A stretch of 64,000 bases of DNA. Origin: Barthelona sp. PCE (Eukaryota). The notes under the pieces were generated by a model. It saw only the letters and a list, made by a program, of their open reading frames with translations, was not told the DNA's origin and ran no database searches. Numbering within the stretch: position 1 is the first letter of the stretch; every line of letters begins with the position of its first letter. Positions 1 to 11,061 of this stretch are shown here, one piece after another. The stretch is taken from assembly GCA_040285745.1 (NCBI GenBank), contig JAUFOR010000002.1, forward strand, positions 186,001-250,000, read 5' to 3'. The position numbers and the translations under genes are program-made.

Positions 1-1
1 A

Positions 2-775
2 CTCAATCTTATCAGCATCAAAATCCTCAATCATACTCTTCACCAGATCATTGTAAGCAACGAAATGTTCCATGAGAGAGTGGTCTTCGCCCAATTCCAT
101 TTGAGAAAATGCCTTTTCAGTCAGATTAGCAAATTTCTTACATTTCTTAACACAATAGTTATCATCAATTCCATCAAGATATAATCTAGCCGGAAAATCA
201 TTAATGAGCTCAGTACGAAGTAACATAAAATCAAGAACGTTGGCAGAACCAAGCACGGGATCACAAAAATGTTCAGTATCACCTACAAAATAACAACCAT
301 CTTCATTATATCTTGTCAGCATCAAGCGGGCATAAATCCAGCGATTAAAAGACTCCTTAGGGACTCGCAATTTAAATTCTGAGCACAAATGACGCCACTT
401 CTTTTTGACATCAAGAACAGTATTGTAACGCAAAAGTTCGATATCTGGGTCAATTGCACAATCAGGAACATAACTAACACCTTTTGTGGCAAACATGATG
501 TCGTTGGCCAAGGCAATGGGTGACTTTGAACCTAAAAACTGTTTTTGAGACATTGAAGATCTAATGGGAGTGTATTTATCTCTTCTTGGTCTAGTAAGAG
601 TAATCTTGACACGTTCCTCACTTGGTGGTTGTGATTTTTGCTGTTTTCTACCCTGTTTGCGTGTTTTAGTTTTACGTGTTTTAGTGTTTGCCTCAAGTTT
701 ACGATTCTTTAATCTTTCGTAAAGCGCAGGCACGCCCTTCTTCTTTTTGTTGCCCTTTTCAGAAATAGATTGCAT
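2..775 (-). CDS. PCIF1: PCIF1/CAPAM-like cap-specific adenosine N6-methyltransferase, 5' part (runs off the left edge)
   Basis: ATG at 775, frame open to the window edge (258 codons; absent from the ORF track). DPDIELLR...WRHLC...VPKESFNRWIYAR...DPVL...ELINDFPARL resembles the PCIF1 helical region (HPEVELLR...YRELC...PPRESFNRWMLER...DPLL...EIMNDIPIRL). The catalytic domain would lie outside the window. Confidence 0.75.
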   Translation of the reverse strand, partial: MQSISEKGNKKKKGVPALYERLKNRKLEANTKTRKTKTRKQGRKQQKSQPPSEERVKITLTRPRRDKYTPIRSSMSQKQFLGSKSPIALANDIMFATKGVSYVPDCAIDPDIELLRYNTVLDVKKKWRHLCSEFKLRVPKESFNRWIYARLMLTRYNEDGCYFVGDTEHFCDPVLGSANVLDFMLLRTELINDFPARLYLDGIDDNYCVKKCKKFANLTEKAFSQMELGEDHSLMEHFVAYNDLVKSMIEDFDADKIE

Positions 776-1157
776 TGAAAAAAAATAGAAGAGATAAAAC
801 GAGCTGAAAACTTGTGTTTTTTAATTATGTAAGCTTTTTGTTCGAGATAGTGAACCTTATTTGTAAATCAAGGGTATCTACCTTAAGAAAATCCAATAAA
901 CTTGGAAATAATGTACGTTTTTTTTGTAATCAAAACTTTTTCAACAGTAAACAATGTATTTAGACAACAGAATCTTATACTTTTGTCATCTTCTTCCTGA
1001 AGATCATCAAGAATTTGGTTGACATTAATGTTGCAGAGAACGTTTCCATTTTTCTTTAAAGAGTCTCGAATTATTATGTTTCTTAAAGTTTGGTCATAAC
1101 CTGACCGTATGCTAGCAGAGCAACTTTTTTTGATAAAATTAGCTGATAGAGAAATGT

Positions 1158-4100
1158 TTACTCATCTTGAGGATCAAAAATGATTGCTTCATATACTTTT
1201 GATTCTATAATACCATTTGCAACAAAGTAAAGGTTATTGCTTCGGACAACAAATTTACCTTCATTCTCTTCAATTGGATATCTCTTCACAACATCAAAAT
1301 CTCGAATAACAATAATTTCTTGCGTATCATTAAAAGCATAAATATGACTCTTGAAGTAGATACACTCTTTTATACGTCCAGTTCCGATACTCGTTGCAGC
1401 ATCTGCTACGAGTGACACTGATCCTTCTGCAAAATTAGAAAGAATCCCATCATTAATTGTGATGAGACTGTAAAATTTGTCTGAAAGGAATGCAACAAGA
1501 TATTCTTTGCATAGAACAACAGAAGAGATATCATGCTCAAAGGATAAACAAACTAAACCAACAGGATAAGATCCAGATATATCGAAACATATAATCTCCG
1601 AACCTTTGACACCTTTCGATTTAATTACGACAATAATTACAGTTTCATTAATGAATACAATGTCTTGTATTATTGCTGACGTGTTTGGCATTTGGAATTC
1701 TTTTGTTAGAAAGACGTGATGTTGGAGCACACCCTTGAGGAATTCATTAGACGGAATACAAGCGATGCGTATAATGTTCTTGCGACAAAGAACGATGCGG
1801 GATCCATGGGGGCTGGCGTGGACAGTGGAGTATCGGTTGAGCTCGTAAAAAGAATGTTCCAAGACAGTAAAATCATTATTAAGCACAACAATACCCTTCT
1901 GGGTGAGACATACAAGCTTATTTCCGGCCTGACATACGCTCTTTGTTTCTTCCATCACATCAACCGTAATTAGATCTTTTGGTCTCCTCACGTAACCAAC
2001 ATCATCGTTAACACGTATGAAGTCCTCAGTTATCTGAACATTCGGCGTATCAAATACCTGGAACGATGAGGCGGGAACCAGCTTGAACAGAGCACGAGAA
2101 GCGGAGAAGAATGGGTTGAATGAACGCAAATCCGCAAACTTAAAGAAGGTCGAAAGTTGTTGGGCAAGAAACACGGAAATCTTTTTTTCGTCGTTCACAA
2201 GAACGTTGTACTCATGGTAAGCCGTTGTTAGCAGTGCAACAATAGTTTTTGCAGCGAAAGGATAAGCAAAATTCTGAAGGGTTGATGGATTGCAAAAAAA
2301 GAGAAAGGCTCCAACATTGAACTGATGATCCAGACTTTTCCTGGCCTGTAAATTGTGCAAAGACACCTGGTCTGTGGGGTTATTGTAACCATATTTGTTA
2401 TAAAGGAACTTTGTAGGGTCAACATTTGACTTTTTCTTTGTAGGCTTCACCATATGTGTTCTAAAGTAGTCTTTAAATGCTGGAATGATCGCCTTGAACG
2501 TATCTGGAACGCATTTATCAGGAATTCTGCCTAAATTTAGTGCAGCAACATAGTTGAGATCGAGGTTGCAGAAAATAAACGACAGAGACAAACGGAGCAT
2601 GAATTTCTCTTCTACAGACAGCCTCATGTGTTTTGAGAATAATGGATCATCGCAAATCTTTAGCAGAAACAATGCAACCTTAATAATTAAGTGTAACTGT
2701 TTTATGGATTCTACAGTGTGGAAAAGAGAGAAAGGGTTGTCAAAGCAGAACATGGACCTGAGGCTGACACGTAGATCACTCAAAAGAGATATAGTCTGAC
2801 TGTTTTGGATGGCAGACACAATTGTCTTTAAAAATTCGCAACCCAGGCCAACACAGTTCAAGCACAGAGCCTCGAGCTCATCACTGTACTCCGGTTCGAT
2901 GTTTCTGCAGCGACAGACCGTGAAATAGAGATGAGGGTCTTGAAGTCGTCGCAAAATAATGTTGAAGGCCATTGGGACATCATCGGCCAACAAGAACATT
3001 GCGACTGCGAGGTGATACTTGTGCTTTGTAATGGCTGCAAACGCGTTATTTGTAGCCATTTTCTTGAATTTCCTGTCGGAGCGATTTCTACCAAAGAACT
3101 TTACGAGAGGCTTAATATTCTGCGATTTTGCTATGGAAACAACACGGTCAACATCATCCAACAGAACCAACCATAGAAGAATACTCATTGGATCACGGGA
3201 AGAAGTCACAAAGAGATGGGAAATGATTTTCTCCAAAACACCATTGAACTGCACTGTGTCCTTGATCCAAAAGCAGGGTTTCAGTTCGTTGAACGCATCG
3301 GTCACCGTCATTTGATATTTTGAGTGTGAACTGTCACCCAGACATTCGTCAATAATGATGCTCTGAGATGTGCTCAACAGAGCGTTTAACAGAGCAATGA
3401 ACGAAATGTGGTGCTCCTCTGTTGCTTTTAACCGTTGGCTGTTGTAAAATAGCTCAACTTCACCCAGAAAAGCAAGACCAAATGGGTCTATGCTGCTCTT
3501 GGACACCAAAGTTTGGGAAACACCAATAAGTTTGTGCATAGTGTCTGAGAATGTTGTATGTTCGAATGCAGTGTTGGATATGTCTCGAATGCTCTTGAAC
3601 GGTATGGAACCACCGTCATTGGCTATGACGCTCTCAGCCTTTGGTGCAATCGAGTCAGAAAGAGTCGTTGTACGCTGCAAGAATGCAGGTTTCTTTCGTT
3701 GACCTAATTTAACTGTTCTTTTCCGCAGTCCTAGTCGTGACGATTTCTTTTTTTTCTCCTTCTTCTTTATGGAAGAGAATCGTGAAACAGTTGCAACTTG
3801 GGGCGTTGCCACAACCTCATCTACAGGCTCAAAGACGTCATCAAGCATGGGGTAAGCGACAGTTTTGAGTTTTAACCACTGCTTAAAAAGAATCTTTAAG
3901 CCATCCACATCACCTGATTCGATCAGCTGCTGAAGGGTAAATTGATACTTTGATTCGTTCTCAAGATTAACACTGAAGTTTTCCCAGTATGTAAGCATTC
4001 CAGTGCCATTGCTCTGACCTGAGAGCATACATAAACCATCAATCATATGCAAAGCCGTAAGAGAGAAGCTTTTTGATATCTGCTCACCCATCATTGTGAA

Positions 4101-6020
4101 GGGAAAGAACTCAGAGTGCTCACGATAATCTGGTATGAAATGGGCAATTTTTGACGGTTCAAATGAGTGTTCAGCAACACCTTGTACAGAAAATACATGG
4201 AATCCATCCTCGTGCAGCGCAATCGTTACAATATCGTTTGATCCAAACAGGTTGAAGCACGAGTCGAGGGACAGGCACGGTTGGGGGAGGGTGTACATTT
4301 GCTTAAGGAAAAACTGCAGTACAGGTTTACCGTCTTTGGGTAAAACGGTCTGCAATACAAAGAAGTACAGTGAAAAGCCTGCTTCAACCGTACGACACAC
4401 CAATGAAATGCCGGAGTCAACTACAAAATCACTGATACCCTTCATTGGTACTTTGAAAGCACTCTTTTGTACTCTTTTTGACTTTTTGCTTAGAGAAAAG
4501 ATATAAAGAGTGGTATCTGCCTCATTAATAACCATAAAAGTACTGCTGTCAGCAGTGGGACACTTACGTACTAGGCGCACTGGTTCATCACATATTCTTT
4601 CCTTGCCCCAGTATAACTCATTGGTTTCTGAGAGCAACACAAAATCTTGCCCGTGAATGATGTAATCACGCACTCTAAAGTCACATGCAATTTTTGAATG
4701 AGCGAAAGTAGCAAGGTCAACAACCAAGATTGCGTTTTCGTTGAAGTAGAGCGCATACATTTTGTTATCAACAACCTTAATCATATCATAACTCCCTGGG
4801 ATGTATACGAAATCTGAAAAAGTTGGGTAGTTTTTCGCCCCGACAACGCTTATCCAAATAGCACCACTGACTTTATGTATAAGCACCTTTGAGTCATGTG
4901 CGGAGTAAATTTCAGAGCCAACCGGATTGATAACGAAGTTAACAAACGAATCAAAACGATTACTAATGAATAACGAGAAACACTGGGAATAAACAATAAA
5001 TGCACCCTTGTGAATTACAGTTTTGCGGAAAAATGCAATGTTCTTCAAGCTTTGGAAACTATCTATATTCTCAGTTTCACACAATAGACTCTTACATAAT
5101 GTAATGTGAGACCTGCCATTCAGTTCACATACTTTCTTAAATTTGCTATCCGATGAGATCTCCGTCAACGAACGGGAATATACCACATCAAATACCTGGT
5201 CATCTAGTATCACAAGTTGACACACATCATTCTCTGCTTTATGAACAAGACATATATATTTATCACTGTGGAATAATGAATAAACATTGGGAATCTGGAT
5301 TCTAGACACTGAATAGTTATTATAGATCGAAAGACAACGCGAACAGCTCACAAAAAGCATGTTATTATCATAGGAAATACGAATAGGTGCCTCAGGAAGA
5401 GTTATAATTTTGTAGTCAAAGAAGCACACATCTGTTTTGGCCTTGGAAGGATAAAATGAGAATATTTGCAACTTATGGCTGGTTCTACACCATAAAATGA
5501 TACTATGCCTTGAAAAAGAGTAAAAACCTTTAACAATCATGATTCTGTTAAGACTAGGCATAATATATGATGAATCAGCTGCTATGCTAACGGATTTCTC
5601 TGTCATGCTGATCGAACGAACTACAACTTTATCATCAAAAAGGATTGAAAAAGTATAACTGTTGGCGTCTAGGATAGCATCTATTGATTGCCAATTGCTG
5701 GACTCTAAGTTGACTGTCGTGAATAGACTCCAAGAAAAACCACCATTCGTCTCAGTATTTAGGAATAACATGAACAATTTATCCACAATAAGCATCAGAT
5801 TTAAGTTTTTGTCGAATTTAATCAACATTTTCTCAGTATTATCTAATTTTAATGGGATTTCTACATGTTGAAAGGCCATGTCCATATGCTCAATGATCGT
5901 AATAGCGGAAATATCGACATTGACAAAGGCAAAAAACTCTGTGTTGTTGAATGTCCCAAGTGTGCTTTTGTTGCCATCGCAGTCCGCAGGTATAGACGGA
6001 AAAACTGCTAAGGAATGCAT
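1158..6020 (-). CDS. RAV1: RAVE complex Rav1 / DmX-like (rabconnectin-3 alpha) V-ATPase assembly factor
   Basis: 1620 aa. Rav1_C-like motif LVKFFGRN...KFKKMATNNAFAAITKHKYHLAVAMFLLAD...RLQDPHL; beta-rich (WD-like) N- and C-terminal regions. Confidence 0.8.
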   Translation of the reverse strand: MHSLAVFPSIPADCDGNKSTLGTFNNTEFFAFVNVDISAITIIEHMDMAFQHVEIPLKLDNTEKMLIKFDKNLNLMLIVDKLFMLFLNTETNGGFSWSLFTTVNLESSNWQSIDAILDANSYTFSILFDDKVVVRSISMTEKSVSIAADSSYIMPSLNRIMIVKGFYSFSRHSIILWCRTSHKLQIFSFYPSKAKTDVCFFDYKIITLPEAPIRISYDNNMLFVSCSRCLSIYNNYSVSRIQIPNVYSLFHSDKYICLVHKAENDVCQLVILDDQVFDVVYSRSLTEISSDSKFKKVCELNGRSHITLCKSLLCETENIDSFQSLKNIAFFRKTVIHKGAFIVYSQCFSLFISNRFDSFVNFVINPVGSEIYSAHDSKVLIHKVSGAIWISVVGAKNYPTFSDFVYIPGSYDMIKVVDNKMYALYFNENAILVVDLATFAHSKIACDFRVRDYIIHGQDFVLLSETNELYWGKERICDEPVRLVRKCPTADSSTFMVINEADTTLYIFSLSKKSKRVQKSAFKVPMKGISDFVVDSGISLVCRTVEAGFSLYFFVLQTVLPKDGKPVLQFFLKQMYTLPQPCLSLDSCFNLFGSNDIVTIALHEDGFHVFSVQGVAEHSFEPSKIAHFIPDYREHSEFFPFTMMGEQISKSFSLTALHMIDGLCMLSGQSNGTGMLTYWENFSVNLENESKYQFTLQQLIESGDVDGLKILFKQWLKLKTVAYPMLDDVFEPVDEVVATPQVATVSRFSSIKKKEKKKKSSRLGLRKRTVKLGQRKKPAFLQRTTTLSDSIAPKAESVIANDGGSIPFKSIRDISNTAFEHTTFSDTMHKLIGVSQTLVSKSSIDPFGLAFLGEVELFYNSQRLKATEEHHISFIALLNALLSTSQSIIIDECLGDSSHSKYQMTVTDAFNELKPCFWIKDTVQFNGVLEKIISHLFVTSSRDPMSILLWLVLLDDVDRVVSIAKSQNIKPLVKFFGRNRSDRKFKKMATNNAFAAITKHKYHLAVAMFLLADDVPMAFNIILRRLQDPHLYFTVCRCRNIEPEYSDELEALCLNCVGLGCEFLKTIVSAIQNSQTISLLSDLRVSLRSMFCFDNPFSLFHTVESIKQLHLIIKVALFLLKICDDPLFSKHMRLSVEEKFMLRLSLSFIFCNLDLNYVAALNLGRIPDKCVPDTFKAIIPAFKDYFRTHMVKPTKKKSNVDPTKFLYNKYGYNNPTDQVSLHNLQARKSLDHQFNVGAFLFFCNPSTLQNFAYPFAAKTIVALLTTAYHEYNVLVNDEKKISVFLAQQLSTFFKFADLRSFNPFFSASRALFKLVPASSFQVFDTPNVQITEDFIRVNDDVGYVRRPKDLITVDVMEETKSVCQAGNKLVCLTQKGIVVLNNDFTVLEHSFYELNRYSTVHASPHGSRIVLCRKNIIRIACIPSNEFLKGVLQHHVFLTKEFQMPNTSAIIQDIVFINETVIIVVIKSKGVKGSEIICFDISGSYPVGLVCLSFEHDISSVVLCKEYLVAFLSDKFYSLITINDGILSNFAEGSVSLVADAATSIGTGRIKECIYFKSHIYAFNDTQEIIVIRDFDVVKRYPIEENEGKFVVRSNNLYFVANGIIESKVYEAIIFDPQDE

Positions 6021-6102
6021 TAATCCCTGAGAATATGGTGAGAAAGGTGTTATTTGTTATTACAACTTTATCAAGCTTGCTTTTTTTGTATTGCACTTGA
6101 AA

Positions 6103-7269
6103 ATGGCAGAAGATCATCCAATTTTCAATCTTGTACGTGATTTTGAGGGCCATTTATTGGAGCGCATTTCCATTCTTTGCAAGGAGTTAGATGTTGCGCA
6201 CAAATTCGAATGGGATATAACAGCTCTTGAAACTGAGGTGGTGGAGCTATCTGAAACATTAAGCCGTGTCCAGAACGTACTTATGAAGGAAACTGATCAT
6301 GTAATTTCACTTAAGAAGATGTTGGACAAGTTACAGAATGAAGAACTAACCAGCAGAAACAGTATCAAACAGCTGATAACACAAAAGAAACCGACACAGT
6401 CAGGTATCACATACTTTTTCGACGAGTCGGTAGAAGATGTAGAGAATCACGAACATGTTGTGAGGGAAGCCTCTTTTAAGGCTGATAATGACCTGCACAT
6501 TAAGCGTGCGGCCCACGCATCCAAGACCGAGTTGCTGTTGGAGATCGAAGCGTTGCGTTTGGAACGTGATTCATTAGTTAGATTACAGACGGAGCGATCA
6601 CACATGATCAATGTGGATCGTGAGAGGCGTGAGAAGCAGCATCAGAATGTCTACCTGAGGTTGGTTGAGGAGAAGAAGAGGTTCTTGAAGATGGCCCAAG
6701 AGAGTGAGACGATAGTAGTCGATGCCATGGAGGAGCTTATGCTGCTGAAGGAAGAGTGCGGTAAACAGCTTGTTCTTGCCAATTACAGACTTAAGGAGCG
6801 ACAGGAGGAGAAGAAAGAGCGTGAGGGTGTCCTTTATACGGATCAAAAGGCAGCACCACAGCAGCAAGAGCATGTGATAGCTGAGTTAAGGCATCAAGTG
6901 GATTGGCAGACAGAGTTGGTTCGGGTGGAGGCCGAAGACATGCAGAAGAAGAAGGCCATGGTAGTGTACACATTGTGCGAGACAGTGAAAGAATATGAAG
7001 CAGAGTTGGAGCAGCTTTATGCTGATCAGGATGAGAATGATGAACGTTCAAGGGTCATAAATCAACAGTGTGATGCTCTTAGGGCATCGTTTGCGCCGAG
7101 TCTCAGCCTCCTCCAACGGAAGACAGTCTCGGTCCTTGCAGCGTTGAAGGAATATGTAAGGCAATTGGCAATTGATCAGTCAGAAGAGATATATGACGTT
7201 AATACCCGTCTGAAGCTCAACAAGGAGTTGATCATGGAGTCAGTGACACTTTTATCAGATGATCTGTAA
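6103..7269 (+). CDS. coiled-coil protein, unknown function
   Basis: Long E/K/R/L-rich heptad ORF; first in-frame ATG at 6103. Confidence 0.75.
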   Translation: MAEDHPIFNLVRDFEGHLLERISILCKELDVAHKFEWDITALETEVVELSETLSRVQNVLMKETDHVISLKKMLDKLQNEELTSRNSIKQLITQKKPTQSGITYFFDESVEDVENHEHVVREASFKADNDLHIKRAAHASKTELLLEIEALRLERDSLVRLQTERSHMINVDRERREKQHQNVYLRLVEEKKRFLKMAQESETIVVDAMEELMLLKEECGKQLVLANYRLKERQEEKKEREGVLYTDQKAAPQQQEHVIAELRHQVDWQTELVRVEAEDMQKKKAMVVYTLCETVKEYEAELEQLYADQDENDERSRVINQQCDALRASFAPSLSLLQRKTVSVLAALKEYVRQLAIDQSEEIYDVNTRLKLNKELIMESVTLLSDDL

Positions 7270-7285
7270 AATAAAATGCGTAAAA

Positions 7286-8491
7286 ATGAAAACTGCCTTT
7301 TTCATTGCAGGAGGTTTGTATATTGGTCAAATTTTATTTCTTTCAGGGGCATTTTTGTACCTGTGGTCTAGGTTCAGGGCTAAGTTAGGGGAAAAGAGAC
7401 ATATAGATAGTTCGTACATACCACACATCACCCTCATCGTTTGCGCTAAGAATATGCATGGGCAGTCGCTCACTAACTTCAAAGCGCTATTGAAGCTGAT
7501 TGAAAAGTATCCAGGGGCAAAAGAAATGATATGTGTTGTTCCTCTTGAAACAGATCCGGCTTACAAGCCGTTGCTTGACCTATCTTCTAATTCAGACAGC
7601 ATGAGTGTGTACACGTCTGGCCTATCGCATCACCAGTCGCAGAAGTTGTACCAAATGCTTCATGGAGTGGATCAAAGTCATCCGGAGTCAGAGATTATTG
7701 CTTTCTTTGACGATGATATTCTAGTTTCTGATGACGTGTTCAAGCAGGCAATCTGCCGCTTTGTTGACGACGATGTGTGGATGGTTACAGGTTACTGTAT
7801 GGAAGTACCAGCACCTGACTTGGTATCACATTGGCGATCTGCGTTTCGTTTGATTAACTGCTTGAACTTCACCGGAGATAGTTCATCCATGGCATGGGGA
7901 GGCTGCATGTTCATGAGAAGTTCTTCATTTCGGGATAACGAATTTGGGTTGCGCGAAATATTGAACAATGGTTGTTACTCTGATGATATGACAATGAGTC
8001 ACGTAGCGACAGAAAATGGGAAAAAAATTGTGTTTGACACATCCCTGTTCTTTCCAGACTTTGTTGCTGCCAGCTTGCGTAACGGAGTAGATTTTATTTT
8101 AAGACAGTTATTCGTTGTTACAACGCATGTAACTGAGTATGAGAGACAGAAAAACAGCATTCTTGTTGTAGCATCATTTATTCCCGTTCTCACATCATGG
8201 ATTGGTGGGGTTGGCCTCATTGTATCAATTTATTATTTTTCCGGTTTCTGGCTCATTCTTCTTTGTGGATCTCTAACTTTGCTGGTAGGTACAGTTTATA
8301 TATCGCTCAGCGTTATTGCGAGGATGGTTAATTGCTTTGTGATTTCAGCATGGAAAACAAGTGTAATGCTCTTATTCCATTTATTTTTGCTTCCAATTTT
8401 GATGGCAAAGAGTGTGTTGCGTCGCTCTATCGTATGGTCCGGTATAACTTACAACATGAAGAACGGTAAAGTGTACAGCGTTGAACATTAA
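7286..8491 (+). CDS. glucosylceramide synthase (ceramide glucosyltransferase), plant-type
   Basis: N-terminal TM; FFDDD, TGY, WGGCMFM, GCYSDDMT, ILRQLFV; C-terminal TMs and IVWSGITY, resembling plant GCS motifs. Start at 7286 chosen over 7259, which overlaps the upstream gene. Confidence 0.8.
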   Translation: MKTAFFIAGGLYIGQILFLSGAFLYLWSRFRAKLGEKRHIDSSYIPHITLIVCAKNMHGQSLTNFKALLKLIEKYPGAKEMICVVPLETDPAYKPLLDLSSNSDSMSVYTSGLSHHQSQKLYQMLHGVDQSHPESEIIAFFDDDILVSDDVFKQAICRFVDDDVWMVTGYCMEVPAPDLVSHWRSAFRLINCLNFTGDSSSMAWGGCMFMRSSSFRDNEFGLREILNNGCYSDDMTMSHVATENGKKIVFDTSLFFPDFVAASLRNGVDFILRQLFVVTTHVTEYERQKNSILVVASFIPVLTSWIGGVGLIVSIYYFSGFWLILLCGSLTLLVGTVYISLSVIARMVNCFVISAWKTSVMLLFHLFLLPILMAKSVLRRSIVWSGITYNMKNGKVYSVEH

Positions 8492-8522
8492 ACACTATGT
8501 TGGTAATAAAGGTCAATAAAGG

Positions 8523-9614
8523 TCAAGTCAAGTGAAACAGTTTCATTTTTGTATCATCCAGCTCAAATTGCATCTGTGAAATGAGATTGTGAGCGGATTG
8601 AAGCTCACTACGGAGTTGTCCTAAAGGTTGCGATTTCAGTTCCTCGATCTCAACCTCCAGAGCCTTTCTGCGAACACGTTCTGCAGTGATGATCGACTCC
8701 TGAGTGCGTACCTTATCCTCAAGGTCAAGAATAAACTCATCTTTAGCGTTTATCAGTGCCAGTGCATCATATAATTTCTCTTCGACTTCATTCACCTCCT
8801 TAGTCTGGTGAATATCCTCTCGCATGGTTTCCATCTCAGTGAGAATGCGGTCGAACAACTCTGTACGCGTGTCTTCTCCGTATGTTGTGTCATTGAAAGC
8901 ACTATCTTCTTCTCCAAAAGCATTATCTTCTTCAGTTTCCTGATTGAGGGTAATGTGAGGTATTTTCTTAGGTGTATTCTCAAACAACTCCTGCTGTTCT
9001 GCTACTCTCATGCTTAATTCCTTATTATGTCTTTCAATCATGGACATACGGGACATCATGTGCTCTGATTGAGTATGTTCACCATGGCGGATCTCTCTCA
9101 GGCGTTGCACGGCCTTTTCCAGGCGATATTCACGCTTTTGTGATACATTCAATTCATCTTCTAACATTCGTATTTGTGTTTCTAATTTTGTACAATGATT
9201 ACGCAGCTCTGATCGAGATTCAACCTCTAGTGCGAACTTATCTTTGATTATGCCCTGCTTTTCTCTCTCTACAAGGAGTAAGTGTTCCAAATCATCCACA
9301 TGTGATGTAGCTTTGCTGATTTGATCCCTTAGTTGTCGATTTTGAACTTGATAGTCTGTTTTCTGCTTACGCAGTGTATGCATCTCTGCTTTAATGGTTG
9401 AAGGAACGGATAATGCGGTTGATTTTGTGGTATCAAGTTCAGATAACAATTTTTGCTGGTCTTTTGCTAATTGCGCAAGTGTGGACCGGAGCCTATAGTT
9501 CTCCTTCAACAAGTACTGCTCTCGATTATCCTCAGAAAGATTCATAAGACTGGGACTGCGTACCAATTCAATTGGTGTATGCTCTACTCGAAAGATAGAA
9601 TGCAAATCTGTCAT
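8523..9614 (-). CDS. coiled-coil protein, unknown function
   Basis: 363 aa heptad-rich ORF. Confidence 0.75.
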   Translation of the reverse strand: MTDLHSIFRVEHTPIELVRSPSLMNLSEDNREQYLLKENYRLRSTLAQLAKDQQKLLSELDTTKSTALSVPSTIKAEMHTLRKQKTDYQVQNRQLRDQISKATSHVDDLEHLLLVEREKQGIIKDKFALEVESRSELRNHCTKLETQIRMLEDELNVSQKREYRLEKAVQRLREIRHGEHTQSEHMMSRMSMIERHNKELSMRVAEQQELFENTPKKIPHITLNQETEEDNAFGEEDSAFNDTTYGEDTRTELFDRILTEMETMREDIHQTKEVNEVEEKLYDALALINAKDEFILDLEDKVRTQESIITAERVRRKALEVEIEELKSQPLGQLRSELQSAHNLISQMQFELDDTKMKLFHLT

Positions 9615-9726
9615 TGTAAGCGTGGGTGCGTGCTTATAGATGTGTAAAAAAAGTTAAAAAAAGAAGAAAATGCTGATATCAAGCTGCTTTTACGTATTGC
9701 AACTATTTCCATTTAACCCATAAATT

Positions 9727-11061
9727 ATGACAGGAAGGGGACCTGTTTTAACGATCCCTAGGGGCGATTTATTTCACTGTGTATATGTATTGGTCTCAAA
9801 TTCTCCACTTTACGCTCGAGTTTCATATATTGGATATTCTGTTGATCCAGCCCGTCGTTTGCGGCAGCACAATGGTCACCTTAAGTCAGGAGGTGCCAAT
9901 TTCACAAAAAAGTATCGACCATGGGAGATGGTTTGTTTCGTTTATGGTTTTCCAGATAAAACTGTTGCTTTACAGTTTGAATGGGCACTTCAAAACCCAG
10001 AAGCCTCAACGAAGGTGCCAAACGAGTTCTCAGAGGAGGCAAAAAAGAGTCAGTCGCGGTACATGGTACAGAACAAATTATTTATACTTCTGAATATGCT
10101 CTCTGTGGATCCATGGAAGTCATGGCCCCTCAAGTTGCATTTCCTAAGCGACTCACATCTCCGTTATCTCTCTGGTGCAACACTTCCTCCTGATATCATG
10201 ATAACTGTTGGTGACTTTCTAATTAAGAAGAAGCAAGATGCAAGCAGCAATGAATTGCAGGTTACAGAGGACGATTACTATGCAGTAGACGATAGTAAGT
10301 GTATTATATGCCAGGGTCCTATAGATTTGAGCGATCCAAAGACGCGATTTGTTCAATGCTCCCACACAAATTGTAAGTGTTTTGGCCACGTTGCGTGTTT
10401 TGCAATGTGTATGCTTCGTTCGGAAAACAGATACACGGACCGTGTTTTGGGTCTCATCCCTAGTGTTGGAAAGTGTCCAGCTTGTCGTGAGATGATTAAA
10501 TGGAGTGATATGATTGAGAAGATGAGGAGCAGACAGGCGAAAGGAGATGATATAACAAATGAAAAGATAGAGACAGCATATAACGAGATAGAAAATCTTT
10601 TGAACTCGTCAATTGACATTGTAGATTATGAGCCACTGGTGAATATAGACACAGTAATGAGGAAGCGTGAAGAAGAAGGATTGATTTTGAAGATTGAAGA
10701 ACGGCCTATAAGTCCTATTGTAGTCAAGGAACTATTTAACGAAAAAGAAAATAACGTAATGGAAGATTTTAATGACATTGTAAGCAAGACAAAGCTGAAA
10801 AAGGATCTTTTCTCAAGACTATTGAATGACTTGGATTCAGATGAAGAAGTAGCGGTTAATGACACAGTGATTAACTTGGAAGATGGTAAATCTGGAGAGA
10901 ATGCGAAAGATGAAGTTAAAAACTCGAAAATTTCGTTTAGTGTTTCCAGTCTGGATGAGATTAAGTCTCAGACAAAAGTGAGGCGATACGATAATTTTGC
11001 ATGGTTTGATAAGAACAACAGCGGTACCATTTCATCATCGGATGATGATTGTTTTTGGTGA
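9727..11061 (+). CDS. SLX1: structure-specific endonuclease Slx1 (GIY-YIG + RING)
   Basis: CVYVL...SYIGYSVDPARRLRQHNG...GGA..T...RPWEMV...ALQFEWA; C-terminal CIIC...C..GH..C...CPAC zinc finger. Confidence 0.93.
   Translation: MTGRGPVLTIPRGDLFHCVYVLVSNSPLYARVSYIGYSVDPARRLRQHNGHLKSGGANFTKKYRPWEMVCFVYGFPDKTVALQFEWALQNPEASTKVPNEFSEEAKKSQSRYMVQNKLFILLNMLSVDPWKSWPLKLHFLSDSHLRYLSGATLPPDIMITVGDFLIKKKQDASSNELQVTEDDYYAVDDSKCIICQGPIDLSDPKTRFVQCSHTNCKCFGHVACFAMCMLRSENRYTDRVLGLIPSVGKCPACREMIKWSDMIEKMRSRQAKGDDITNEKIETAYNEIENLLNSSIDIVDYEPLVNIDTVMRKREEEGLILKIEERPISPIVVKELFNEKENNVMEDFNDIVSKTKLKKDLFSRLLNDLDSDEEVAVNDTVINLEDGKSGENAKDEVKNSKISFSVSSLDEIKSQTKVRRYDNFAWFDKNNSGTISSSDDDCFW

Noticed and set aside
8505-8526. 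Tandem AATAAAGGTC duplication
   Set aside because: Only two 10-nt copies; probably slippage at a poly(A) signal.
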